In this document: piece after piece, positions 30,531-39,865 of the stretch
Layout: the number at the start of each line of letters is the position of its first letter
Position numbering within the stretch: position 1 is the first letter of the stretch
Translations under genes and position numbers: made by a program
Assembly: GCA_038212275.1 (NCBI GenBank)
Contig: JBBQUR010000006.1
Span: 96,001-160,000 of the forward strand
Direction of reading: 5' to 3'
DNA: 64,000 nt
Source of the DNA: Planctomycetota bacterium
GTDB taxonomy: Bacteria > Planctomycetota > B15-G4
The notes under the pieces: generated by a model
The model's database searches: none
Told to the model about the DNA's origin: nothing
The model's input: only the letters and a program-made list of their open reading frames with translations

Positions 30531-30992
30531 TCAGGACTCCTCGGGCTGGCCGGCCGCCAGATGGATCTTGTAGATGCGGATGCCCATCTCGCCGCAGATG
30601 CGCAGCAGCTTCTGCACGTGCTTGAACTCCGTGGTCTGATCCGCACGGATCAGCAACGCGCGCTCGGACAGTCCCTGAGCGTCCTTCTTGCCCTTGAGCA
30701 CGGCGTCGGCGAGCAGCGCGCGGATGACCTGCTGCGTGGCCGGGTCGTCGAGCGTGCTGTACTCCTTGCGCTTGATCTGGATGGAGCCGTTTTTCATCAG
30801 GTTGACGGTGAGGCGTCCCGTCTCCTGTTCGTCCTTCACCGCCTGCGTGGCGAGCGGGAGCTTGATGTCGGCCAGCTCCTGCTGGGTCATGTCCGTCACG
30901 ACCATGAAGAAGATGATGAGCTGGAACACGACGTCGATCATCGGCGTCATGTCCATCTTCGTGGCTTCCATCTCGTACTTCTTGTTGCCCAT
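30531..30992 (-). CDS. ExbD/TolR family protein
   Basis: DMTPMIDVVFQLIIFFMV, IKLP, LLIRADQ. Confidence 0.9.
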   Translation of the reverse strand: MGNKKYEMEATKMDMTPMIDVVFQLIIFFMVVTDMTQQELADIKLPLATQAVKDEQETGRLTVNLMKNGSIQIKRKEYSTLDDPATQQVIRALLADAVLKGKKDAQGLSERALLIRADQTTEFKHVQKLLRICGEMGIRIYKIHLAAGQPEES

Positions 30993-31087
30993 GGCTCAGC
31001 TCCTCATGCCGACGGGGCTTCGGGGCAGCAGCGCGCGGACGCGGGGCGGCAGATCCGTCCCGGTCTCGCGGCGGCTGCAGGCGGACG

Positions 31088-31837
31088 TCACGACGCGTTC
31101 CGCGGACGGAAGCGCTCGAACATGTCTTCGATGACCGAACCGACCTCGATGGTGAAGGACACCATGCGGTTGCGCAGGATCACGAAGGCCGACGTCACGG
31201 GGATGGCGACCATCAGACCGAGCAGCGTGGTGATCAGCGCCGACGCGATGTTGTGCGCGAGCTGGTCCGGCGTGGCCTGACCCTTGGTGGCGGCGATCTG
31301 CTCGAAGGCCGCGATCATGCCCTGCACCGTACCGAGCAGTCCGAGCATCGGGGCGATGGCGGCGATCAGCGAGAGCCACGCCAGCTTGGCGTTCACCTTC
31401 GTGACCTCCTCGTCCATCATCTCCTCGAGGTGCTTCTCCATCGTCTCGAAGGACACGTTGATCTTCGGCAGGCCGGCGGCCACGACGTTGGTGAAGAAGC
31501 AGGGCTCCGACTCGCAGACCTCCATGGCCTCCTGATACTCCTCGGCCTCGAGCAGCGCCTCGATCTCGTCCACGATCTCCGGAGGCGCCATCTTCACCTT
31601 CCGGATCTCGATGAAGAGCTTGATGATCAGCGTGAGGCCGATCACGGAGAGCAACTCGATCACCCAGCCGATGTAGCCGGCGTCGTACTGGAACTTGTCG
31701 AAGCCCGACATCTCCTGCGCCGCCGGAGCGGGAGCGGCGCCCTCGACCGGAGCGTCTTGCGCGGCGACGATCGCGGGGAGCACGAGGAGGGCCAGCAAGG
31801 CCAGGGCGGGCAGCAGGTACTTGATCTTGGCCTTCAT
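31088..31837 (-). CDS. MotA/TolQ/ExbB proton channel family protein
   Basis: Signal-like N-terminus; APMLGLLGTVQGMIAAF; IASALITTLLGLMVAIP. Confidence 0.9.
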   Translation of the reverse strand: MKAKIKYLLPALALLALLVLPAIVAAQDAPVEGAAPAPAAQEMSGFDKFQYDAGYIGWVIELLSVIGLTLIIKLFIEIRKVKMAPPEIVDEIEALLEAEEYQEAMEVCESEPCFFTNVVAAGLPKINVSFETMEKHLEEMMDEEVTKVNAKLAWLSLIAAIAPMLGLLGTVQGMIAAFEQIAATKGQATPDQLAHNIASALITTLLGLMVAIPVTSAFVILRNRMVSFTIEVGSVIEDMFERFRPRNAS

Positions 31838-31872
31838 GAATGAGGTTCTCATTGGGTAGGTACAGGCGGGGA

Positions 31873-32979
31873 TCATGGGAGTGACTCCTGGGCCAGCTTG
31901 GCCCAGCGCGTGTCGGGGTAGCGTGCGACGACTTCCTGGAAGCACGCCATGGCGCGCTGGTGCCCGTTGGGCTCCTTGCCTGCCGCGGCGAGCGCTTCCG
32001 CGCAGCGGCCGAGGTAGTACACGGCGCGCGCGCGTTCGTCCGGGATGGCGGTGGAGGTCAGGGCCACGCGGGTGAAGGCCAGCTGGGCCTCCTTGAGCTT
32101 CGCCGGGTCGTGGAAGTCGCATTCGGCCAGGCCGTTCGCCGCCGCCGCCTGGACGGCCGGGTCGCCCTTGCCGTCGCGGGCCAGCGTCTCGTAGTAGCTG
32201 CGCGCGCCAGACAGGTCCTTGGCTTCGAGCAGACAGGTGCCGGTGCCGACGCGCGCCGCGAGGCCGAGCTTGGCCATCACGGGCACAAGATCGGGGCGGT
32301 CCGCGAGGCGGTCCTTGGACGCGGCCGCGGCTTCCGCGTCGGCGAAGGCCTGCGTGGCGCCCTTGGTGTTGCGGGCCGCGAGGAGGGCGTCACCTTCGGC
32401 GAGGTGCACGCGCACCTTCCAGTCGGGCGTGACTTTGCCGTCCTTCACGAGCGCCAGCACGGCGTCGAGTGCGGCGCGCGCCGTCGCGGCGTCGCCTGCC
32501 GCCGTGGCGTAGTCGGCCTTGTCGAGCAGCGCCTGCGGGAGCAACCGATGATCCGGATACTTCTTGAGGAACTCGTCGATGGCGCTCAGCGCCGCGGTCA
32601 GCCCGGTCTTGCCGCGCGCCGCGGCGGCCTGCGCCTGGCGCAGCAGCGCGTGCGCCGCAACCCACGGCGGCGCAGTGTCCTTGCTCGCGGCGCCGAACAG
32701 CGTCTCGGCATTCACGAGGTCGGAACCTGCCAGCGCTTTCAGCCCCTTCTCGTAGGACTCGCTGCCGGGGCCGTACTCGATCTCGGTGATGTCCGCCGTC
32801 TTGCGCGTGGATTCGCCGCCGCCCTTGGTCGAGAACTTCACCGAGTCGAGCGTCTCGGACAGGATGACCACGTTGGCCTGCGGGATCTCCTTGCGCTCCT
32901 TGTTCAGCAGCGTCAGCCGCCCCTGGGCGGCGACGCCCGGCGCGAGCAGCAACGGCGCGAGCAGCAGGGCAAGGCGCAT
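31873..32979 (-). CDS. Exported TPR protein (CpoB/BamD-like helical repeats)
   Basis: Signal peptide MRLALLLAPLLLAPGVAAQ; FLKKYPDHRLLPQAL; ARAVYYLGRC...EVVARYPDTRWA. Confidence 0.75.
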   Translation of the reverse strand: MRLALLLAPLLLAPGVAAQGRLTLLNKERKEIPQANVVILSETLDSVKFSTKGGGESTRKTADITEIEYGPGSESYEKGLKALAGSDLVNAETLFGAASKDTAPPWVAAHALLRQAQAAAARGKTGLTAALSAIDEFLKKYPDHRLLPQALLDKADYATAAGDAATARAALDAVLALVKDGKVTPDWKVRVHLAEGDALLAARNTKGATQAFADAEAAAASKDRLADRPDLVPVMAKLGLAARVGTGTCLLEAKDLSGARSYYETLARDGKGDPAVQAAAANGLAECDFHDPAKLKEAQLAFTRVALTSTAIPDERARAVYYLGRCAEALAAAGKEPNGHQRAMACFQEVVARYPDTRWAKLAQESLP

Positions 32980-33034
32980 GAGCGGACGTGGTGCCACACG
33001 GGTCTCGCGAGTTCGGGGCGCGAAGGAACGGCGC

Positions 33035-33064
33035 ATTCTAGCGGTGCCTCTCCGGAACGATCAA
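33035..33064 (-). promoter_or_regulatory. Putative sigma70 promoter for the TPR-exbB-exbD-exbD-secretin 2 sub-operon
   Basis: Minus strand TTGATC (33064-33059) - 18 bp - TAGAAT (33040-33035), in the intergenic gap. Confidence 0.45.
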
Positions 33065-33102
33065 TGCGGGCAGGGCGCCGCCGGGGCCGAGAAAGCTCGG
33101 GC

Positions 33103-35901
33103 TCAGGGAATCTTCTTCTCGAGGTACTTGAACAGGGGCCTGAAGGAGGGCGAGTACTGCTTCTCCGGCGGGAGGTCCTTGAGCGACTCCTCGTCGTAGC
33201 TCGGATACAGCACCGCCAGATTGTTCAGCGCCTTGCGCGCATCGATCAGCGACTGCGGCAGGGCCGCGCCTTCGCGGTACTGGGTGTAGAGCGTCCCGAG
33301 TTTGGACTCCCACCAGATGCGCTCGCTGGGGGCGTTCACCTTGGCGTTCGCGAACAGCGTGCTCCACAGCTTGTAGGCATCGCCGTAGTCGCCGCTGCCC
33401 GGAATCTCGACGATGGAGCCGTCGGGTCGGAGCTCCAGCCAGCCGCCGTAACCCCGCGCGGCGCCCACGAGCACGCGGACATCGGAGGGGCGCCGGCTCT
33501 CGAGATCCTTCCAGTAGGGGCGCGCCCGGCCGAACTCGTTCGACTGGTTGTAGGACAGCGCCAGGCCGATCCGGGCCTCGTCGAGCGAGGCCGGCGGGAT
33601 GTTGCTGCCCGGCTTGCCGAAGACCTCCAGCGACTTCAGGTAGCTGCGCTGCGCGAGGTCCGGCTTGCCCACGCGCGAGTACCACTCGCCGATGGAGAGC
33701 AGGTTGGTGAACGACGGGAAGCCGCTCAGTTCGGCCGAGTTCCAGAGCGCGTCCGCGGCGCGTCCGAGCAGCGCGTCCGCGCCGGCGTTGTCGCCCTTGG
33801 CGCGGGCGGCTTCACTGGCCTTGACCAGCGCACTGGAGAGCTGGAACCAGCCCACGCGCAGGTAGCTGCTGTCGGCGCGAAAGGCTGCCAGGTCCTCGAC
33901 GGCCTTGGTGGCCGCGTCGACATCGCCCTTCATCGCACAGGCGAGGATGCGCTGATACTTCACGCTCTCCACGAGTCCGGCCTGGCTTGACAGCTTCTCC
34001 TCGAAGCCCTCGAGCACCTTCAGTGCGTCGACGGGCTTTTCCATGCCGGCCGAGAGCAGCAGGTCGGCCTTGTAGTAAAGGGCCGAACCCAGCGCCGCGT
34101 CGCGGCGGTTGCGCGCGTCGGCATTCGGCGGGGCGAAGGCCGGGTCGCTGGCGCGCTTGATGAGCAGGTCATACGCCGCCAGCGCCTCCTTCGGCTTGCC
34201 CGCGCCGGCAAGCGCGCGGCCCTGGTAGACGAGCGAGAGTTCGTAGCTGGGAGCGTCCTCCGTGACGGCCTTCAGGTCCTCCACGGCGGCGAGGAAGGCC
34301 TCGGGCTCCGGCGGCGACGTGCCGTTGGCAATGTCGAAGCTTTCCTTGGCCTGCGAGAAGGCGAGGTCCGCGACGATGCCCATCTTGATGAGCCGGTCGC
34401 GTGCCTGGTCGCGCAGGGTCTTGTCGAAGGCGTCCTTGGTCTCGAGATAGCGGCGGTCGTAGTTCTTCGACATGCCGCCCGCGGCGCTCTCCTGCACCTC
34501 GAGAGGCGCCTTCTGAGCGACGGCCGCGTCGAGTGCCATGCCGAAGGCGAGGGCCGCCTCGAGGTTGAGCTTGTCGGATGCGTAGGCCCGTGCCGCGCCG
34601 AGCCACGCCGGCACGAGGAACTCCTTGAGCTCGGCGTCCTGGCGCAGCGAGCCCGCGACACGCGCGAACTGGAACGCCGCCTCGGCGTAATCCTTGCGGT
34701 CGTTGAGTCCCTTGGCGGCCGCCATGAGCACGGCGGGGGAGGCGTCCCCGATGCCGGACTCGCTGACGAGGGTCGCGAGCAGGTCGCGCGCCCTTTCGCC
34801 TTGCGGCAGCGACGCACCCTGATCCGCGACCAGCTTGACGATGTCCAGCGCCTTGCCGCCGCGGCCCAGCGCCTGCAGCTGGTCCGCCCAGGCGAGCAGC
34901 ACGTCGAAGCCCGCGCCGCCAAAGGCCAGATTCGCCTTCGCGTGCGCCTGCAGCATCGTCTCGATGACGGCGTTGGCGCCGTCGGCGTCTCCGCCGTCCG
35001 CCTTGATGGTCGCGATCTCGCCCCACGTGCGGTCGAACAGCTCCGCGATGAACGGGGCGGCCGCCGGGTTCTGCAGCGCGTTGTCCCAGAACCACTGCGC
35101 CTTCTCGAGCACGTCGTTCTGCAGGAAGAGGGCCTTCTCCAGGTCGCCGAGCTTGCGCTTCACGACACCCTGGTAGTGCACCGCGAAGTGCTGGGTGATG
35201 ACCTCCTCGTCAAGCTCCCACTGGAAGTCGTTGAGCAGGTCGAAGGCCTGCTCGAGCCGGTACTCGCGGTCCTTGGCGACGTCGGCCCAGTCCACGGCGT
35301 TCAGGCCGCGCTCGTACAGCGTCAGCGAGGCGAGCTGGCGGAAGTTGTCGGCCGCGTCGAGGTTGCCGCGATCTCCGGCCGCCTTCTCCTGGTCCTTGTA
35401 CTCGGCCTGCAGCCGGACGCGCACTTCGTCGGATTGCTTGTAGTCCGCTTCGGCCAGCGCGCGGAGCGTCTCGACCTGATCTTTCGGCGCGTCCTTGAGC
35501 TGTCGGGCGCGCAGGCGGCCGCGCGCCTGGAGCACGTCGGCCAGTTCCTTGAGCGCCGCCGGGCGGCTCGGGTGATAGACGTAGGCGGTGCCCGGCTTGG
35601 CCCAGTCGGAGAGCAGCTCGACCGACGCGGACTGGTACTTCATCTGGCGCTCGGCATCGTTCGTGGCCTCGCTGGCCTTGCGATCGATTCGCGCCTCGGT
35701 GAAGTCGAGCGTGCCCTTCTCTTCCGGCGTGAGCTTGCCGATGCGCAGGTCGGTCAGCAGGTCGAAGGCAAGGTCGTAGTAGCGGTACCTGGCGAGGTTG
35801 TCCGCGAACTGGATGTCATCCAGCAGGAGCGAATTGCCGGTCTGCGCCCACGTGAGCGGCGCGAGACAGGTCAGGGTGAGGAGGCCGGCGCGGAACAGCA
35901 T
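33103..35901 (-). CDS. Large exported TPR/alpha-solenoid protein (932 aa)
   Basis: Signal peptide MLFRAGLLTLTCLAPLTWAQ; Ala/Leu-rich helical repeats throughout; host-like codon usage; starts 5 bp after the secretin 1 stop. Confidence 0.75.
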   Translation of the reverse strand: MLFRAGLLTLTCLAPLTWAQTGNSLLLDDIQFADNLARYRYYDLAFDLLTDLRIGKLTPEEKGTLDFTEARIDRKASEATNDAERQMKYQSASVELLSDWAKPGTAYVYHPSRPAALKELADVLQARGRLRARQLKDAPKDQVETLRALAEADYKQSDEVRVRLQAEYKDQEKAAGDRGNLDAADNFRQLASLTLYERGLNAVDWADVAKDREYRLEQAFDLLNDFQWELDEEVITQHFAVHYQGVVKRKLGDLEKALFLQNDVLEKAQWFWDNALQNPAAAPFIAELFDRTWGEIATIKADGGDADGANAVIETMLQAHAKANLAFGGAGFDVLLAWADQLQALGRGGKALDIVKLVADQGASLPQGERARDLLATLVSESGIGDASPAVLMAAAKGLNDRKDYAEAAFQFARVAGSLRQDAELKEFLVPAWLGAARAYASDKLNLEAALAFGMALDAAVAQKAPLEVQESAAGGMSKNYDRRYLETKDAFDKTLRDQARDRLIKMGIVADLAFSQAKESFDIANGTSPPEPEAFLAAVEDLKAVTEDAPSYELSLVYQGRALAGAGKPKEALAAYDLLIKRASDPAFAPPNADARNRRDAALGSALYYKADLLLSAGMEKPVDALKVLEGFEEKLSSQAGLVESVKYQRILACAMKGDVDAATKAVEDLAAFRADSSYLRVGWFQLSSALVKASEAARAKGDNAGADALLGRAADALWNSAELSGFPSFTNLLSIGEWYSRVGKPDLAQRSYLKSLEVFGKPGSNIPPASLDEARIGLALSYNQSNEFGRARPYWKDLESRRPSDVRVLVGAARGYGGWLELRPDGSIVEIPGSGDYGDAYKLWSTLFANAKVNAPSERIWWESKLGTLYTQYREGAALPQSLIDARKALNNLAVLYPSYDEESLKDLPPEKQYSPSFRPLFKYLEKKIP

Positions 35902-35906
35902 GGAAG

Positions 35907-38831
35907 TCAGCGCGTGAAACCGAAGTTCGGCTCATGCTCCTGCGACACGAGGATCGTGGCCTTGAGCAGGATGATGAGCTTGCGCTTGCTGGTGTACTCG
36001 CCCTGGCGCGTGAAGAGAGCGCCGAGAACCGGGATGTCGCTGATGAACGGGACACCCGAGTTGTTGTTCTGGTCCACGGAGGTCTTGAGTCCGCCGAGCA
36101 TGAGCGTGGCGCCGTCGGGAATCGTGGCCACCGTGCGCACGCGCTGCACGCGCAGTTCCGGCAGTTCGATGATGACGTCGTTGCTGCCCGGCGTGCCGAG
36201 GCTCACGGCAACGTCCGGCAGGACGTCGCCGGTTTCATCCGGGATGAGCGCCGTCACGGTGGGGCGCAGCTCGAGGGTCACGAAGCGCCGGTCGGCCGAG
36301 GCCACGGCGCGCACGTCGAGCATCACGCCCTGCATGACGTTGTCGAGTTCGGGCTGCGCGATGACGGCCGACTGCGCGATTTCCGGCTCGAAGTCCCGCA
36401 CGTAGGAATAGATCGAGAGCGCCTTCACGTTGCCGCGCTGGCCGCTGCGCAGCGTGAGCGTCGGCGCGTTGACCACGTTGCTGGTCTGGTACTTCTCGAC
36501 CGCGTGCAGCACCGCGTTGACGTTCGTGTCGTTCAGGAAGAGCGCGTCGACCGAGAGTCCGCCGGCATTGTTCAGGGTGCCCGACTCGCCGAGGCTGAAG
36601 TCGTACAGGTTCTCGATGCGGCCCTTCACGTCGCCGTTCGAGCTGCCGTTGTAGAAGCCGGGGTCATTGCCCGTGCCGATGCCGGTCGGGTTGCTCGGGG
36701 TGCCGAAGCCGCCCGCGCCGGACTGGCCGAAGTCTTCCAGCGGGAATCCGCCGGTGAGGTCGCCGGGGAGGCCGCGGAGATCGACGCCGATGTCCTCGAG
36801 GAAGCTGTCCTCGACCTCGATGAAGCGGGTCTCGATGTTGATGAGCGTGCCGCTGTTCGCGCGCAGGTCGAGCAGCAGCGCCCGGATCTGGGCCTGCACT
36901 TCGGGCGTCTGGCGCACGACGAGCGTGCCCTTCAGCAGCTGGATGGTGCGATTGGGATCGTCCGTCCACGACTCCTTCGCGATGTTGTCCTGGATCAGGG
37001 TGAGCAGCTTGTCCGCGCCGATGAAGGCCAGCGGCTCGTCGTCCTCGACGCCCGTGGTGTAGCTCTCCTTGTCCACGCCGGACGGCCGCAGGTTGAAGTC
37101 CTCGGCCTTGTAGTCCTTGGCGACCAGGGTCAGGTCCTTGATGTCATACATCTGCAGGACGTAGTCGTTGCGCGCCTCGTCCTTCGTGATGATGCGCACG
37201 ACGCCGTCGCGCACCGTGTAGCTGAGCGGCGTCTCCGAGAGATCCTCGAGCAGGATCTTGAGGATGCGCTCGATCGACTGCGGCGCCCTGTCCTCGAGCG
37301 TGTAGGCCTGCGTGCCGCCCAGGTCCCTCACGGCTGGCGACAGCAGGAAGTTGACGCCGGACACGGCCTTGAGGTGGGTCAGCACGCCATCCAGCGGCTC
37401 ATCCTTGAAGCTCACCGGGATCCGCTTCTGCAACTGGTCCGAGACGGCGGTGTCCAGCTCGGACGTCGTGACCGGGTTGCCGGCGAACACCTTGGCGCCA
37501 CGGTCGCTGATCTTTTCCCAGTCCTTGGCCTCGGGGTACAGGACGATGTCGTTCTGCGGCATCGCCTCGTGCGCGATCTCGTCGAAGGTGTCCTGCCACT
37601 CGTTCTTGTACTCGCGGCGGATTTCACCCGTCTTCGCATTGTGTCGCGCGAGGCCAACCACTCGCTGCAGCTCGGTGGCGCCTGCATTCTGCGGATCGAT
37701 CTCGAGCACTGCGGCCAGGGCGGCCTCGGCGGCCACGAAGTCGTCCTTCAGGAAGGCCGTGTTCGCGGTATCCATGAGCGCCGCCACCTGGCGCTCGAGT
37801 TGCGTGGCTTCCGCGAGGTCGAGTTCTTCCTGGTGCTTCTGTGCGAGCGTGATGAGCCTGGTGCCGCGCTTGGATTCGAGATCCTCGGCCTGCCGGCGCG
37901 CGGCACTGACCATGGCCGCGATGCCGGCTTCGCTGAGCGTGCCGTCCTGCGCGGAGGGCGAGGCTTTCAACAGGGCGAGCGCGTCCTCGAACTTGCGCTT
38001 GCCGGTCTCGGGGTCGCCCGCGGCCATCGCGACGCGACCCTGCTCGATCAGGCTGCGCACTTCGAGCTCGGCCTGCTGGAGTCGCGCACCGGCCTTGTCG
38101 CGGGCACCGAGAGCCACGACGGCCAACTCCGAGTTCTTGTCGCCGAGCAGCGCGCCGGTCCGCTCGAACAGGTCGCGCGCGGCGGGGTCGGTCGGGTCGA
38201 GCTCGTAGGCGTTCGCGAAGTTGTCGTGCGCCGCCTGCAGGTCGCCTGCGTTCATCGCGGTGACGCCGGCCTGCACGAAGGCCGCGACGAGTGCCGCCAC
38301 GCGGTCATCGACGAGCGCAGCGTGCTGCCTGCTCTGCTCGAGCACGAGCGAGAGGTCTCCCGTCGAAATCGGTGTGGGCGCCGTGGCGGGCGCCGTCGCG
38401 GGTGCCGGCTTGTCCTGAACGGGTGCGGGCGCGGGGGGCGGCGGCGGCAGCATCTCCGTGGGCGCCGTCACGGGCACGGCCACCGGCTTCGACGTCGTGG
38501 CGGGCAGCGCAACCGGCGCCGCGGGAACGGGCTGGGCCGCGCCCGGAGCCACGGGCTGGGCCACGGGCTGGGTCGCCGGCGGGGGCGTCTTGCCGTCGCG
38601 GATGGCGGCCGCCCGCGCCTTGTACTCCTCGAGCCACTGCGGGTCTCCGGGCGCCAGTTCGGTGGTCGGAACCAGCGCTTCCTCCGGGACGGCGACGATG
38701 GGCGGCTCGATCGGGGAGCTGCTCTGCTGAGTCGCCGGCGATCCGCAGCCGGCAAGGCCGACCACGAGGATCAGGAGACGCGAGCGGTGGGAGTGAAGCA
38801 TGTCACAGGGCGTCCGCGGGGAATGCGTCAT
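35907..38831 (-). CDS. Secretin-family outer-membrane protein 1, predicted lipoprotein with Pro/Ala-rich linker and TPR-like N-terminus; alternative start at 38801
   Basis: Lipobox LAGC; LVVRQTPEVQAQIRALLLDLR; INIETRFIE; GVMLDVR; IPDGATLMLGGL; GVPFISDIPVLGALF; LIILLKATI. Confidence 0.85.
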   Translation of the reverse strand: MTHSPRTPCDMLHSHRSRLLILVVGLAGCGSPATQQSSSPIEPPIVAVPEEALVPTTELAPGDPQWLEEYKARAAAIRDGKTPPPATQPVAQPVAPGAAQPVPAAPVALPATTSKPVAVPVTAPTEMLPPPPPAPAPVQDKPAPATAPATAPTPISTGDLSLVLEQSRQHAALVDDRVAALVAAFVQAGVTAMNAGDLQAAHDNFANAYELDPTDPAARDLFERTGALLGDKNSELAVVALGARDKAGARLQQAELEVRSLIEQGRVAMAAGDPETGKRKFEDALALLKASPSAQDGTLSEAGIAAMVSAARRQAEDLESKRGTRLITLAQKHQEELDLAEATQLERQVAALMDTANTAFLKDDFVAAEAALAAVLEIDPQNAGATELQRVVGLARHNAKTGEIRREYKNEWQDTFDEIAHEAMPQNDIVLYPEAKDWEKISDRGAKVFAGNPVTTSELDTAVSDQLQKRIPVSFKDEPLDGVLTHLKAVSGVNFLLSPAVRDLGGTQAYTLEDRAPQSIERILKILLEDLSETPLSYTVRDGVVRIITKDEARNDYVLQMYDIKDLTLVAKDYKAEDFNLRPSGVDKESYTTGVEDDEPLAFIGADKLLTLIQDNIAKESWTDDPNRTIQLLKGTLVVRQTPEVQAQIRALLLDLRANSGTLINIETRFIEVEDSFLEDIGVDLRGLPGDLTGGFPLEDFGQSGAGGFGTPSNPTGIGTGNDPGFYNGSSNGDVKGRIENLYDFSLGESGTLNNAGGLSVDALFLNDTNVNAVLHAVEKYQTSNVVNAPTLTLRSGQRGNVKALSIYSYVRDFEPEIAQSAVIAQPELDNVMQGVMLDVRAVASADRRFVTLELRPTVTALIPDETGDVLPDVAVSLGTPGSNDVIIELPELRVQRVRTVATIPDGATLMLGGLKTSVDQNNNSGVPFISDIPVLGALFTRQGEYTSKRKLIILLKATILVSQEHEPNFGFTR

Positions 38832-39865
38832 GGCAGGTCCACATTCAGTGTGCGCACTGCACCGTCCCGGGTGGCCAACGTCGCAACGAGGCGCGTCACC
38901 GGTTTCAGGACTTGCGTTTGCGTGGTTCGGGGTTCGTGAGTTTCGGGGTCGAGAACGAGACTTCCGTCGGTCGTGAGCAGCAGGCGCTGTTGCGTGGTCA
39001 GCGCGTCCTCCTGCCTGGTCTGCAGTGCCTTGAGGGTCAGTCCCGTGGTGGTGGACCCCGTTCGGACTTCTTCGCCGATGCGTGCCGTCACCTGACGGTC
39101 GCCCACGGCGTTGGGCAGGTTCACCTGGATCAGGAACACGGCCTGGTCGCCGGTCGCCCGAACCAGACTCAAGCTGAAGTGCTCCGGGGTCGCTACGGTA
39201 ACCAGATCGCTGCGTTCGGCGTCCACGAGCACGTCTTCCGACCCGTCGTGACGCAGGAGCACGGCCCAGACCTGGTAGCCCATGCGACTTGCCGCAAGCG
39301 GCAGCTGGACATCCCGCCAGAGGACTTCGCTGAGAGGCAGCGTGGCCATCAGGGTGAGTTCAGCGCCGTCGATGGCGCGGTAGATGCGCTGCCCGACTCG
39401 CAGGTCGCTGCCTTCGCGCTCCAGTGCCGCCGCGCGCACGCGATTCATCGGCCCCGGATTCCACGTCAGCGTCACCACGCCGAGGCCGTAGCCTGCCTCG
39501 AGAGCGTCGGGCGACACGAGCCCCGTGCTGCGGGACGGGGTCTCGAACGGACTGCGCACGCGGCGCGCCTCGAAGTCCTGCAGTTCCGACACATCGAACA
39601 CTGCGCGCGCGAGGGTGCCGACGACTTGCGGCTGCTGGGCAAGCGCCCACTCGGCCGCATCGAAGGCTCCGCGCTGTTCCGACATGTTCGAGGGCCGCAT
39701 CGCCTCCTCTAGCCGAGTCTCCAAGACTGATTCGGCAGCCTTAGTTCGTCGTAAGTCGTTGCTGTACAACAGATTATGTACAAAGAGCGCAAGGGCGGAA
39801 ACGATAAGAGATGCCGCCAGCCCTGTCAATACGAGAATCCTCGCCGAGCGGGCGCTGCTGCTCAT
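38828..39865 (-). CDS. Single-pass membrane protein of unknown function, in the position normally held by pilP
   Basis: ATGA overlaps at both ends; N-terminal TM ILVLTGLAASLIVSALALFV; beta-rich FN3/Ig-like segment VVTLTWNP...RIYR. Confidence 0.6.
   Translation of the reverse strand: MSSSARSARILVLTGLAASLIVSALALFVHNLLYSNDLRRTKAAESVLETRLEEAMRPSNMSEQRGAFDAAEWALAQQPQVVGTLARAVFDVSELQDFEARRVRSPFETPSRSTGLVSPDALEAGYGLGVVTLTWNPGPMNRVRAAALEREGSDLRVGQRIYRAIDGAELTLMATLPLSEVLWRDVQLPLAASRMGYQVWAVLLRHDGSEDVLVDAERSDLVTVATPEHFSLSLVRATGDQAVFLIQVNLPNAVGDRQVTARIGEEVRTGSTTTGLTLKALQTRQEDALTTQQRLLLTTDGSLVLDPETHEPRTTQTQVLKPVTRLVATLATRDGAVRTLNVDLP
39750..39829 (-). promoter_or_regulatory. Intragenic sigma70-like promoter with a downstream palindromic operator/IHF-like site
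   Basis: Minus strand TTGACA (39829-39824) - 17 bp - TATCGT (39806-39801); imperfect palindrome CGTAAGTCGTTG-ctgta-CAACAGATTATG (39750-39778); TGTACA-N8-TGTACA (39763-39782). Confidence 0.55.

Noticed and set aside
39750..39782. dif (XerCD) site
   Set aside because: Contains CATAAT/ATTATG, but lacks the 11-6-11 layout with a TTATGTTAAAT-like XerD arm
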